A DNA stretch of 64,000 bases, from positions 7,694 through 71,693 of the forward strand of contig JAEUUZ010000035.1 of assembly GCA_016786765.1 (NCBI GenBank). The letters run 5' to 3'. Below, one piece after another: positions 1 through 8,690 of this stretch. Each line of letters starts with the position of its first letter. The first letter of the stretch is position 1. The translations under genes and the position numbers were made by a program. The notes beneath the pieces are model-generated. The model had not been told where the DNA came from, made no database searches, and saw only the letters and a program-made list of their open reading frames with translations. This DNA is from Chitinophagales bacterium (GTDB lineage Bacteria > Bacteroidota > Bacteroidia > Chitinophagales > LD1).

Positions 1-488
1 TATAAATGGGAGGCCAATTTAGTTTCCGTTAAGTCTTCAATAACATGTTGCGCTAAATCCGGACGGCCTACATCGCCAATGAATAAAGTGTCGCCAGTAA
101 TAATTCCTTTTTCTACACCTTGCTCATCGATAATCAAATAGCATGTGCTTTCCATGGTATGACCCGGTGTGTGAATGGCTTTCACACGACATTCTCCAAC
201 GGTAAACACCTGATTGTCTTCGGCAATAATAGCATCGAAACTAGGTTTTGCTGTTGGACCATATACAATAGATGCCCCGGTTTGTTTTGCTAAATCTAGA
301 TGCCCTGAAACAAAGTCGGCATGAAAGTGTGTTTCAAACACGTACTTTATCTTCGCATTATCGGCTTCTGCACGATTGATATATGGTTGAACTTCACGAA
401 GTGGATCGAATATAGCTGCTTCTCCATTACTCTCTAAATAGTAAGCTGCGTGTGCTAAGCAGCCGGTGTATATCTGTTCTATTTTCAT
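1..488 (-). CDS. MBL-fold metallo-hydrolase, N-terminal part (persulfide-dioxygenase/ETHE1-like); C-terminus lies beyond the window start
   Basis: Own translation of the minus strand from ATG at 486-488: MKIEQIYTGCLAHAAYYLESNGEAAIFDP...ETHFHADFVSGH...HTPGHTMES. Carries the HxHxD metal motif and the HTPGHT motif. Absent from the ORF track because it runs off the window. Confidence 0.75.
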   Translation of the reverse strand, partial: MKIEQIYTGCLAHAAYYLESNGEAAIFDPLREVQPYINRAEADNAKIKYVFETHFHADFVSGHLDLAKQTGASIVYGPTAKPSFDAIIAEDNQVFTVGECRVKAIHTPGHTMESTCYLIIDEQGVEKGIITGDTLFIGDVGRPDLAQHVIEDLTETKLASHL

Positions 489-549
489 TTTGGTTATAAT
501 TTTATGACACAAAGATGACGTACTTTGTGGTGATGTTATGTGATAAATG

Positions 550-1185
550 TTACGCTACAGATTTCTTTTTCATAAAAATTGTAAAGAGTTCTGCGTTGGC
601 TCTTTTGAAATAAGAGTTATAACAATTCGATAACGTAACAATTTCAAATGTTTCAGAAAATAATTGACGATACTCTTCCTCACAACCCCCAAATGGTGGG
701 CCAGCTGCTTCGAACTCGCGATTGAAAAGTAATCCAACAAGTTTACCACTGTTACTCAGTAATGCATTCATTTTTTCGCAATACAATTGTCGAAGCGAGC
801 GATCAAGTGCGCAGAAAAATGTTTGTTCAATAATCAAATCAAATGCTCCTTCTAGGGCAAAAAAATCACCTAATACAATTGTTATGTTCGTGTTGTTCTT
901 GAATTTTGTTTTCAAGTTGTTTATTAATGTTGGCGATATATCAATGACTGTGATATTCGTAAACCCTTTATTTAATAGATATTCAGCTTCATACGTATTG
1001 CCGCAACCCGGAATAAGTATTCGCAAATTTTTATCGGTGAGTTGATCTATGTATGCTTTTAGCGGAGGCGATACTTCACCTAAATCCCAGCCCGTTTCCT
1101 TTAATACATATCTGTTTTCCCAAAATGTCTGATCTAATGTTTGCTTAGCTTCATTTTCAGGAGAATTATTTTTGTTTTCCGACAT
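550..1185 (-). CDS. SAM-dependent methyltransferase, thiopurine/thiol S-methyltransferase (TPMT)-like
   Basis: 211 aa. FWENRY...WDLG N-terminal signature and ILIPGCGNTYEAEYL glycine-rich SAM motif I, followed by VIDISP. Confidence 0.65.
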   Translation of the reverse strand: MSENKNNSPENEAKQTLDQTFWENRYVLKETGWDLGEVSPPLKAYIDQLTDKNLRILIPGCGNTYEAEYLLNKGFTNITVIDISPTLINNLKTKFKNNTNITIVLGDFFALEGAFDLIIEQTFFCALDRSLRQLYCEKMNALLSNSGKLVGLLFNREFEAAGPPFGGCEEEYRQLFSETFEIVTLSNCYNSYFKRANAELFTIFMKKKSVA

Positions 1186-1221
1186 GTTAATTTGTTTTGA
1201 TTGGGTATAAAATAGCAGACA

Positions 1222-2196
1222 CTATATAACGAACATAAATGCACCTACCAAGGCAATTTGAATAGCAAAAATAAGTAATCCAAAAAGTACTCCTTTTTGT
1301 CCCGATTGCCATAAAACTTTGAAACTTACCTTTAATCCAATAGCAGCCATGGCAACAGTTAAAATAACCTTACCCATGGTTTCCATACTGTCTATTACTT
1401 CTTTTGGAAGCGAAACCAATGAGGTGAAAATGGTAATGGCCACAAAGCTCCATAAATACCAAGGAAGCTTGAAATGCTCTTTCCAGTGACTTACATTATT
1501 TTTGTTGATGAGATAATTGAAGAAAATAATAGCAGGCGATAACAAAGCAACACGCGCTAGTTTTATGGTAATGGCGGCTTCACCAATTTCACTGCCCATG
1601 GAATACCCGGCACCTGCAACATTTCCAACGGAATGTAATGTGCCGCCTAATAGCAAACCAATTTGTGCAACAGAGAAATGTGTCGATTTTAAAAAGAAGG
1701 GTAATGCAATCATTCCTATACTTCCAAATAAGTTAATGACCGCCATCGAAATACCTACATCTTCTTTATCCTTTGCAATGCTTGGTGCAACTGCAGCAAT
1801 AGCAGATGATCCACAAATAGTTGTACCAAAGCCAATCAATAATCCTGTTGACCCCGGGCAGTTCAATTTTTTTGAAAGGTAAATGGTAAGGAGTAAAATC
1901 GCAATCACTACAATAGCAATGGCCGTAAAGCTTTTCCAGCCCAAAGCTGCGATATGTGTATAATTAATACTAAAGGCTAAAAACAAAATGGAGAGTTCCA
2001 ATAACTTACTACTGGTAAATGAAATACCCGATTGAAAATCGCTTGAAATTTTCACCAAATTACCAACAAGCATTCCGAGCACCAAGCCCATTAGAATACT
2101 GTTGAACGAAGGAATCATAGGGCCTGTGAAATAGGCAATGATACCAATGGTAAAGGCTAACAGTATTCCTTTGTATTCTTTTTGAAAATCTATCAC
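1222..2196 (-). CDS. YeiH/UPF0324 family putative sulfate exporter (polytopic membrane protein)
   Basis: 324 aa and highly hydrophobic, with about 10 predicted TM segments. Family recalled from overall sequence pattern. GTG start. Confidence 0.6.
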   Translation of the reverse strand: MIDFQKEYKGILLAFTIGIIAYFTGPMIPSFNSILMGLVLGMLVGNLVKISSDFQSGISFTSSKLLELSILFLAFSINYTHIAALGWKSFTAIAIVVIAILLLTIYLSKKLNCPGSTGLLIGFGTTICGSSAIAAVAPSIAKDKEDVGISMAVINLFGSIGMIALPFFLKSTHFSVAQIGLLLGGTLHSVGNVAGAGYSMGSEIGEAAITIKLARVALLSPAIIFFNYLINKNNVSHWKEHFKLPWYLWSFVAITIFTSLVSLPKEVIDSMETMGKVILTVAMAAIGLKVSFKVLWQSGQKGVLFGLLIFAIQIALVGAFMFVI

Positions 2197-2223
2197 GGTG
2201 TTGTAGAATCGAATGTGTTGAAA

Positions 2224-2625
2224 TTATTTTACAATCGCCCCCGAGTACCCCGAAATTCCGCCATCTAAGTTGAACACATTAGCGAAGCCATTTTCTATTA
2301 ACACTGTGCTCGCCATCATGCTTCTTTTTCCGCTTCGGCAGTACACTAAGTAAGTTTTTGATTTGTCTAGTTTCTTGATTTGTGCATCGAAGTCGCCTCC
2401 ATTTACATCAATAAATAAGGTAGTCCCTTTAATATAGCCTTCGCTCACTTCATCTTTTGTACGTACATCTAAAACCACAGTATTCTTTTCTGTCATTTTG
2501 GATTGAAATTGTTTATCGTCAACATGCTGAATGGTAGGTCCTTTGGCTGTTGTGTTCGATGCTTGTCCGCATCCGATAAAGTTTAACATTAAAATAAAAA
2601 GCATTGTTGTATTCATATAGTTCAT
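2224..2625 (-). CDS. Rhodanese-like domain protein, probable lipoprotein
   Basis: 133 aa. Signal/lipobox LNFIGCG and rhodanese active-site loop YCRSGKRS. Confidence 0.8.
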   Translation of the reverse strand: MNYMNTTMLFILMLNFIGCGQASNTTAKGPTIQHVDDKQFQSKMTEKNTVVLDVRTKDEVSEGYIKGTTLFIDVNGGDFDAQIKKLDKSKTYLVYCRSGKRSMMASTVLIENGFANVFNLDGGISGYSGAIVK

Positions 2626-2639
2626 TTTTTAATGATTAT

Positions 2640-3014
2640 TTATTTTTGAAAAAACATTTTTATAGCAATTAGAATAAGCGCCACTGAGAAAATTTTTCGC
2701 ATCAAACTGGTATCAATGGTTGTTGCCATTTTCCCTCCAAAATAACCGGCAATGAAAAAAGTAACAGCCATTATAGCAACTGCTTTGATATCTATATTAC
2801 CGGCTTGGTAATAAGACCATGCCGCCAAAAATCCAATGGGTAAAACCATTAGACCCAGTGTAGTCCCTTGCGCTTGTTGTTGTGTATACCCTAGGAAAAA
2901 TACAAGTGCAGGAATAATAATTACGGCACCGCCCAAGCCCATCAATCCGCTTAGAAAACCTGCTGTTGCACCAATTACGGCAAGCAACAACAGGTTCTGA
3001 ATATTCATTTCCAT
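2640..3014 (-). CDS. TauE/SafE family sulfite exporter (half-size, 4 TM)
   Basis: 124 aa. GLMGLGGAVIIIPALVF motif typical of TauE/SafE. Confidence 0.65.
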   Translation of the reverse strand: MEMNIQNLLLLAVIGATAGFLSGLMGLGGAVIIIPALVFFLGYTQQQAQGTTLGLMVLPIGFLAAWSYYQAGNIDIKAVAIMAVTFFIAGYFGGKMATTIDTSLMRKIFSVALILIAIKMFFQK

Positions 3015-3218
3015 TTAGTCTTTTTTACAAGTACTGATGCCAAATGGTGCATATAAAGGGCAGAAGCTAATTACACTGGTGAGTGTGAATACAGCAGCAA
3101 GTACCAAAAGGCCGATACCAATTGTTCCTGTTACTGTTCCTGTAAAATAAAGTCCTGCAAATACGGCCGCAACAACTAATCTAATAAGTCTGTCGGCTGA
3201 TCCCATGTTCTTTTTCAT
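3015..3218 (-). CDS. DUF2892 (YgaP-like) small membrane protein
   Basis: 67 aa. N-terminal GSADRLIRLVVA and C-terminal CPLYAPFGISTC pattern typical of DUF2892. Its stop abuts the TauE start with no gap. Confidence 0.65.
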   Translation of the reverse strand: MKKNMGSADRLIRLVVAAVFAGLYFTGTVTGTIGIGLLVLAAVFTLTSVISFCPLYAPFGISTCKKD

Positions 3219-3288
3219 AAGCTTTTATTTTAATTTGAGTCAAATGTAATGCATTGATTGTTTGAACTATGGAACAATTGTTACATGG

Positions 3289-3891
3289 CTAGTCTTTTCG
3301 AAGTAAACGGATTTCGTTTCTGCCGGTTTCTAAGTATCCAAGGTCCTTTAATTTCTTTATTAAGCGCGTTGCAGCTTCGCGTTGCATATTCAATTCGTTG
3401 GCTATTTCTTCGTGACTGATATTAAGGGTATCACTTTCTTTAGCATTAGCGCGTGCGAGTAAATACCGCCATAGTTGTTCATCCATTTTTTCAAAGGCAA
3501 TAGCATCAACGGTTTTCAATAATCGGTCAAATCGTGTTTGATAGGTAAGGCCTACAAATTCGCGCCATTCTTTAAATTGTTGCCAAATTTCAAGTTGTTG
3601 AATAGGGATGGCCCAAAGCGTAGTGTCTTCTTCTGCAATAGCTTTAATTTCGCTTGGTTTTTGCATAGAGCAACAAGTTAACGAAAGGGCACATGTTTCT
3701 CCGGGCATAATGTGATATAGAAATGTTTCTTCGCCTTGCTTATTTTGTCGGAGTACACGAATACAACCTTTTTCAACGATAGGTATAATTTTTATATACT
3801 GACCCGGCAACATAATTACATCCCCTTCTTTTACGTTCATTACATTGGCGTGAAGGGCAAAAGCGTCTTGAAGATTTTTATCAGAAAACAT
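3289..3891 (-). CDS. Crp/Fnr family transcriptional regulator
   Basis: cNMP-binding-like N-terminal domain and C-terminal HTH (SHEEIANELNMQREAATRLIKKLKDLGYL). Start moved to ATG at 3891 (MFSDKNLQ...) because the longer ORF overlaps the upstream gene by 50 nt. Confidence 0.75.
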   Translation of the reverse strand: MFSDKNLQDAFALHANVMNVKEGDVIMLPGQYIKIIPIVEKGCIRVLRQNKQGEETFLYHIMPGETCALSLTCCSMQKPSEIKAIAEEDTTLWAIPIQQLEIWQQFKEWREFVGLTYQTRFDRLLKTVDAIAFEKMDEQLWRYLLARANAKESDTLNISHEEIANELNMQREAATRLIKKLKDLGYLETGRNEIRLLRKD

Positions 3892-4501
3892 GTTTTTGTT
3901 TTTTTTGCTTTTCAATAAGCAATTTAGCAATGAATAGATTAGGTACCCAACACAACCAAGCTACAACTTTATAAGCTATAAAGAAGTCGTTGAACACAAT
4001 TATTAAAATCGGCAACCATACTCGTAAGGTGACAGCCGCAAAGCAGGCTGCATAGCTATAGATCATCCAATGTTCGTGAGCTGTTACATTTCCCTTTTTT
4101 ATTTGAAGGAATGCTTGAACGGTTGTGTAGAACCAAATCATCGATAAAAATCCAAAGCCAATAACAGCAATAACTCCACCGGTAGCAAAATACGCAATGT
4201 AAAATCCAAATATGGCGCTGCCAACCGCTGCAATCACATATGCTTTTCCAATTTGTCTATGGAGTTGCAATCTCTCCTTTCGAAATTTAGGGTAGAATTG
4301 TATCCATCCAATCAATAAAGCAATTCCTCCTAAAAAGATATGACCATAAAAGCCAATGTTCCAATAGATGTTGTTCAACGTGGTATCGGCTTTTGTTTGC
4401 AATAAGCCAAATGTTCTGTCAATGATTAAGTATAGGAAGGGATAGAGCCCTATCACCACTGCAAAAAAAGGGAACACCGTTTTTAGAATTTTCTTTCGCA
4501 T
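3881..4501 (-). CDS. DUF2306-like integral membrane protein
   Basis: About 206 aa from MRKKILK, with 6 hydrophobic segments. Contains the H...G...QF...R....HR..G..Y pattern. Overlaps the Crp start by 11 nt. Confidence 0.45.
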   Translation of the reverse strand: MRKKILKTVFPFFAVVIGLYPFLYLIIDRTFGLLQTKADTTLNNIYWNIGFYGHIFLGGIALLIGWIQFYPKFRKERLQLHRQIGKAYVIAAVGSAIFGFYIAYFATGGVIAVIGFGFLSMIWFYTTVQAFLQIKKGNVTAHEHWMIYSYAACFAAVTLRVWLPILIIVFNDFFIAYKVVAWLCWVPNLFIAKLLIEKQKKQKHVF

Positions 4502-4606
4502 CTTGGTTAAACTAATAATGCACAATATACAATCTGCTGTTCAGAATTGATGAAATAAAAAAGGCTCCCTGATTGCGCAGGAAGCCTATAAAATAATAGC
4601 ATTAAA

Positions 4607-5203
4607 TTAGAGTTTGAACGTAAGTCCTCCGTTCACCCATGTTTTACCATAACCAACCTCAAGGTTTGCAGCCAATTTCGGGGTGAAGAAATAGCGAGCG
4701 CCTATTTGTGGACCAACAAAAAATAATGCGGATACTTGCAGTGGGTCAGTGCCAGGAAACATTGCTACACCAGATCCTAGATTTAATCCAGCATACACAT
4801 CTAATTTGTCGGAATGAATATCCTTACCCACTTTATCAGCTATCAACTGATAGAAGTGAAAATTGGCAATTATGCCAACGGGTATGTTAAATTCAGAAGA
4901 GTATCCTGCCCCCCAGCCATATCTATAGATGCCTGTACCTGCAGCTCGTCCTCCAATACCGGTAGTGAATCCAACACCAACATATTTATGTACGCCAAAT
5001 TCACCTTGAACGCTTAACTGACCTGTAATGGGTGTGTAACCAAAATTCCCGTAAGAGCCAAAATATCCGTTTGCTGAAATGTGCCAAAAATTTGCGCCTC
5101 CTAAGCCTAAACTGATATACTTTCCTCCTTTTTCAAACGCTTGTGCATTCGATGCCAAACTGATACTTAAAATAGCGATAACGCTGAGTGCTAACTTTTT
5201 CAT
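4607..5203 (-). CDS. Small outer-membrane beta-barrel protein
   Basis: 198 aa. Signal peptide ending SNAQA, alternating aromatic/glycine beta-strand pattern, C-terminal ...GGLTFKL. Confidence 0.55.
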   Translation of the reverse strand: MKKLALSVIAILSISLASNAQAFEKGGKYISLGLGGANFWHISANGYFGSYGNFGYTPITGQLSVQGEFGVHKYVGVGFTTGIGGRAAGTGIYRYGWGAGYSSEFNIPVGIIANFHFYQLIADKVGKDIHSDKLDVYAGLNLGSGVAMFPGTDPLQVSALFFVGPQIGARYFFTPKLAANLEVGYGKTWVNGGLTFKL

Positions 5204-5346
5204 TTTTAGTTATTTAAAGGGTTGAAATAATGGTGCAAACCTAAAAAAAGTATACAGCCCAACAAATGATTTATGTTAGTTAAAGAGTTAAATTTTTTAG
5301 TGAAATATTCCGTAAACTTGAACAGTTAAAGGAAAAATATAATATC

Positions 5347-6690
5347 ATGGATTATCACATAAAACAGGTAAACCTGGTTAATGAAGGTAAAATCAGCACA
5401 GTAGATGTGTTGATTCGTAACGAGCGTATTGAACGTATCGACCCGAGTTTTGATGTGCCCTTCAAAACAGTTGAGATAAATGGCGAGGGAAAACACTTGT
5501 TTCCCGGGGTTATAGACGATCAAGTGCATTTTCGTGAACCGGGTTTAACACACAAGGCGAATATTTATACCGAAGCAAGAGCTGCCGTAGCGGGTGGAGT
5601 AACTTCATTTATGGAAATGCCCAACACAATTCCTGCATCACTTACTGAAGAATTGTTGGAGCAAAAATATACCATTGCAGCACAACATGCACTAAGTAAT
5701 TATTCCTTCTTTATGGGTGTGTCAAATGATAATGCCGATGAAGCTATTCGCGTATCGCAAACGAGAAAGAATGATGTATGTGGTATGAAAATCTTTATGG
5801 GCAGCAGCACCGGCAATATGTTGGTCGATAATCGTGATGTGTTGAGTAAAGTATTTTCTGAATCGGAGTTATTAATCGCTACGCACTGCGAAGATGAAGC
5901 GCGTATACGTGCTCGTGTAGCCCAATATACGGAAGAGTTTGGCGATAAACTCACGGCAGCTTATCATCCCATTATCCGCGATGAGGAAGCTTGCTACTTG
6001 TCGTCATCACTCGCAACCGAATTAGCGAAAAAGTATAACACGCGTTTGCATATTCTGCATATCAGCACGGCTGAAGAATTAGCCTTGTTTCGCAACGATA
6101 TTCCGTTGCAAGACAAACGGATTACGTCTGAAGTTTGTGTGCATCACTTGTGGTTTGATGCCGATGATTATGAAACGTTAGGCAACAAAATCAAATGTAA
6201 TCCTGCCATTAAAGACAAGCGCCACAAGCCCGCACTTCTTGCCGCATTGCTCGATGATCGGTTAGATATTATCGCTACAGATCACGCCCCACATACCATG
6301 GAAGAAAAGGAAAAGCCTTATGCATCAGCACCGGCAGGACTTCCATTAGTGCAACATCCATTGTTGATGTTATTAGAGTTCTATCATCAAGGGAAAATTT
6401 CGTTGGAAAAAATTGCGCAGAAAATGGCGCATCATCCGGCAATCTGCTTTCAAATTAGAGATCGAGGCTTTTTACGCGAAGGCTATTTTGCCGATGCCGC
6501 ACTTGTGAATTTGAATTCGCCATACACTGTTGCGCAAGAAAACATTTACTATAAATGTGGTTGGTCGCCATTATTAGGAACGCGCTTTTCATCAACTGTT
6601 GAGAAAACCTTTGTGAGCGGGCATTTAGCCTACGATAATGGTGTTTTCTTTGAAGGTGTTAAAGGAAAGCGATTAGCCTTTGATCGATAA
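5347..6690 (+). CDS. pyrC: Dihydroorotase (amidohydrolase superfamily)
   Basis: 447 aa. DDQVHFREPG metal-binding HxH region, TDHAPH motif, overall cyclic amidohydrolase pattern. Confidence 0.8.
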   Translation: MDYHIKQVNLVNEGKISTVDVLIRNERIERIDPSFDVPFKTVEINGEGKHLFPGVIDDQVHFREPGLTHKANIYTEARAAVAGGVTSFMEMPNTIPASLTEELLEQKYTIAAQHALSNYSFFMGVSNDNADEAIRVSQTRKNDVCGMKIFMGSSTGNMLVDNRDVLSKVFSESELLIATHCEDEARIRARVAQYTEEFGDKLTAAYHPIIRDEEACYLSSSLATELAKKYNTRLHILHISTAEELALFRNDIPLQDKRITSEVCVHHLWFDADDYETLGNKIKCNPAIKDKRHKPALLAALLDDRLDIIATDHAPHTMEEKEKPYASAPAGLPLVQHPLLMLLEFYHQGKISLEKIAQKMAHHPAICFQIRDRGFLREGYFADAALVNLNSPYTVAQENIYYKCGWSPLLGTRFSSTVEKTFVSGHLAYDNGVFFEGVKGKRLAFDR

Positions 6691-6701
6691 TACAAACTGT
6701 A

Positions 6702-7286
6702 TTAATCTACTTTGATGTGGCCCCAATTCTCTCCCGATTTAATGCGGTAGAGGGCCATTTCGGAAACTTTAAACTGCTTAGCTAAAACTTTAATACGTGT
6801 TTTGCGCTTGGGGTCCAGTAATAACTTTTTCAAAAAGATAACTTCCGTTTCAGTTAGTTTCGGGCCGTTTGAGCGGATTTTGTGTTCTACCAATTTTTTC
6901 TTTGCTTCAATCACAAAAGGACTTTTCTTGATATGCTCTTGTCGCTCTGCTAATGTGGCCCACTTCAAGTTGCTATAATGATCGTTCGATCTATTTCTAT
7001 CTAAATGCAAAACAAATTCGTGTTCAGCAGAAGGCTTAGGAATAAAATATTTAGCCACTAACTTGTACACTGAAACACAAGTAACTTTGCCCTTTCCTGA
7101 TGCTTGAGGTGTTGTATATTTTAAATTTTTATAACCATCCCCTATGGTGCCTTTTACAATTCTGCCATTTTCGATAGTGTCTGTAAAGCTTAAAATTCGA
7201 CCAAAATTAGAAACGGCATATCTCAGTTTTGGCTGTATTTCAAATTCAATTTCTTTGAATACTTCATTCGGAAAAACACGTAACAT
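6702..7286 (-). CDS. NUMOD4 + HNH (HNH_3) homing-endonuclease-like protein with C-terminal HTH-like tail
   Basis: 194 aa. YAVSNFGRILSF (NUMOD4), HLDRNRSNDHYSNLKWATLAERQEH (HNH_3 pattern), C-terminal KVLAKQFKVSEMALYRIKSGENW. Confidence 0.7.
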   Translation of the reverse strand: MLRVFPNEVFKEIEFEIQPKLRYAVSNFGRILSFTDTIENGRIVKGTIGDGYKNLKYTTPQASGKGKVTCVSVYKLVAKYFIPKPSAEHEFVLHLDRNRSNDHYSNLKWATLAERQEHIKKSPFVIEAKKKLVEHKIRSNGPKLTETEVIFLKKLLLDPKRKTRIKVLAKQFKVSEMALYRIKSGENWGHIKVD

Positions 7287-7429
7287 ATGTACAATTTAAG
7301 TCAATTTTAAACAACAATACAACATGTATCATTTGCATTTTCGGGTAACGTAATAGTTTAATAGCTATTACTATGCATTCATAGTTAGGTGTACGAATTT
7401 AATGAATTATTTTTCTTTAGTACTACAAT

Positions 7430-7819
7430 TCATTTTAAACGCTCTAAAGAGCCTTTGCGTTTAATCAAGTTTTTATAATCCCATTGTATGTCTTTTCCTT
7501 TCATCACCCAGCGTGCTAAATCTGCTGTGTTGATTTGTTCTACAGCTGTGTACCGTATTTCAGCGGCTTTGAAACTGCCTTCGTTTTTGAGTTGGGGTTC
7601 ATCGAAAGATTGTCCGCTCCAGAAAAGTAACCGCACGCAATTTTTTAATTTACCGTAGCCAACAATGGGATTCCCATCTAAAAACCAAACCGGAACAGCA
7701 TGCCAGATTTTATTCTCCGCTTCCGGAAAATTTTTGTCAATCACTTCCGCTAATAAGTTGCAGATGCGTTGATCTTCTTCCGTTTGTTTGTTGTTGTAAT
7801 CTTGAATGTCCTTTTGCAT
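7430..7819 (-). CDS. DUF1801 (YdhG-like) domain protein
   Basis: 129 aa. IWHAVPVWFLDGNPIVGYGKLKNCVRLLFWSG resembles the DUF1801 core. Confidence 0.55.
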   Translation of the reverse strand: MQKDIQDYNNKQTEEDQRICNLLAEVIDKNFPEAENKIWHAVPVWFLDGNPIVGYGKLKNCVRLLFWSGQSFDEPQLKNEGSFKAAEIRYTAVEQINTADLARWVMKGKDIQWDYKNLIKRKGSLERLK

Positions 7820-7843
7820 AGCATATCTAATTTAATGCAAGGA

Positions 7844-8575
7844 TTATACAATGTCTTGCATTTTTAATCGTTTAAAGATACTAATATGCAGAAAAATAAT
7901 GGTTGCAGGAGCAAATGCGGGTATTAAACAAAAAGGGAATCTGGTCATTTCTTGCACTCCAATGGTATCGGTTTCAATACTTTGTTTTGTGATGTATAGT
8001 GCTGCTGCAATAACATGCACAATATCCCAAAATCCAACGATGTTCCAGATAAGCGTAATCTTTTTATAGTGTTGATTTTTCTTGTCGATGAGCTTGGCCA
8101 ATAGCAATGCAGTAACTGCTGCAAAAATATCTCCAATCCCTGCAGCGAAAGCAAAGTAGGTGGGTAGCGCATCGTAACTCCAAAAGATAATAAAGAAAAT
8201 GCCAACGAGTCTAAAGGTATGTAGCCGAACAAGTGTAGAAAGGGGGATTTGCGCTAAAATTGTCCAGTAGATTTTTGTTTGAAAAATGAAGAAGAAATAA
8301 AATACGAGCAAAGGAAGCATAGTAAACAAAATTACCCTTGGCGGGAAAGTATTTATTTGAAATACTCCTAAAAAGCTGAGTAGGGTGGTATAGGCAAAAA
8401 AGAGGGAGAAAAAAACAATGCTTCCATAGAAAAGTTGGGATACTTTGTTTGCTTCTAAACTCGCGTTCTGTCCTCCTTTTTTTATGGCTTGCGCTATTTG
8501 GAATACAGGAATTGAAATGCATATAAAAAAGAGTGCTGAAATCCACAGTGGGACAATGTTGGTTGTAGCTTGCAT
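7844..8575 (-). CDS. Hypothetical polytopic membrane protein
   Basis: 243 aa with about 7 hydrophobic segments. No family recognised. Confidence 0.4.
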   Translation of the reverse strand: MQATTNIVPLWISALFFICISIPVFQIAQAIKKGGQNASLEANKVSQLFYGSIVFFSLFFAYTTLLSFLGVFQINTFPPRVILFTMLPLLVFYFFFIFQTKIYWTILAQIPLSTLVRLHTFRLVGIFFIIFWSYDALPTYFAFAAGIGDIFAAVTALLLAKLIDKKNQHYKKITLIWNIVGFWDIVHVIAAALYITKQSIETDTIGVQEMTRFPFCLIPAFAPATIIFLHISIFKRLKMQDIV

Positions 8576-8690
8576 GATAAATGAAATTGGTGATTAAATG
8601 CTGCAAATGTTGAAACTCTTGAAGGATTTCTTCTTGCCAAATGGCAAGAAATCGATTAACTGCAACATTAAATATCTGGATGAGTTCAGT

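Noticed and set aside
3881-3930. Longer N-terminal extensions given by the ORF track (Crp 3289-3930, desaturase 29245-30342, lipase 9961-11253, LytTR 26066-26851, ACAD 41106-42737, thioesterase 50202-50690)
   Set aside because: The extensions overlap neighbouring genes or add non-homologous leader residues. Internal ATGs give canonical N-termini (signal peptides or conserved family starts), so the shorter coordinates were used.
6702-7286. Calling the HNH gene part of a prophage, intron or integrated mobile element
   Set aside because: No integrase, transposase, phage structural genes, intron structure or flanking direct or inverted repeats are visible in the surrounding 5 kb. It is reported only as a free-standing endonuclease gene.
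7945-8606. 95-aa and 131-aa minus-strand ORFs overlapping the 243-aa membrane-protein gene
   Set aside because: They are alternative frames of the same strand. The 243-aa frame gives a coherent multi-TM protein, and the others give Cys/His/Phe-rich nonsense.
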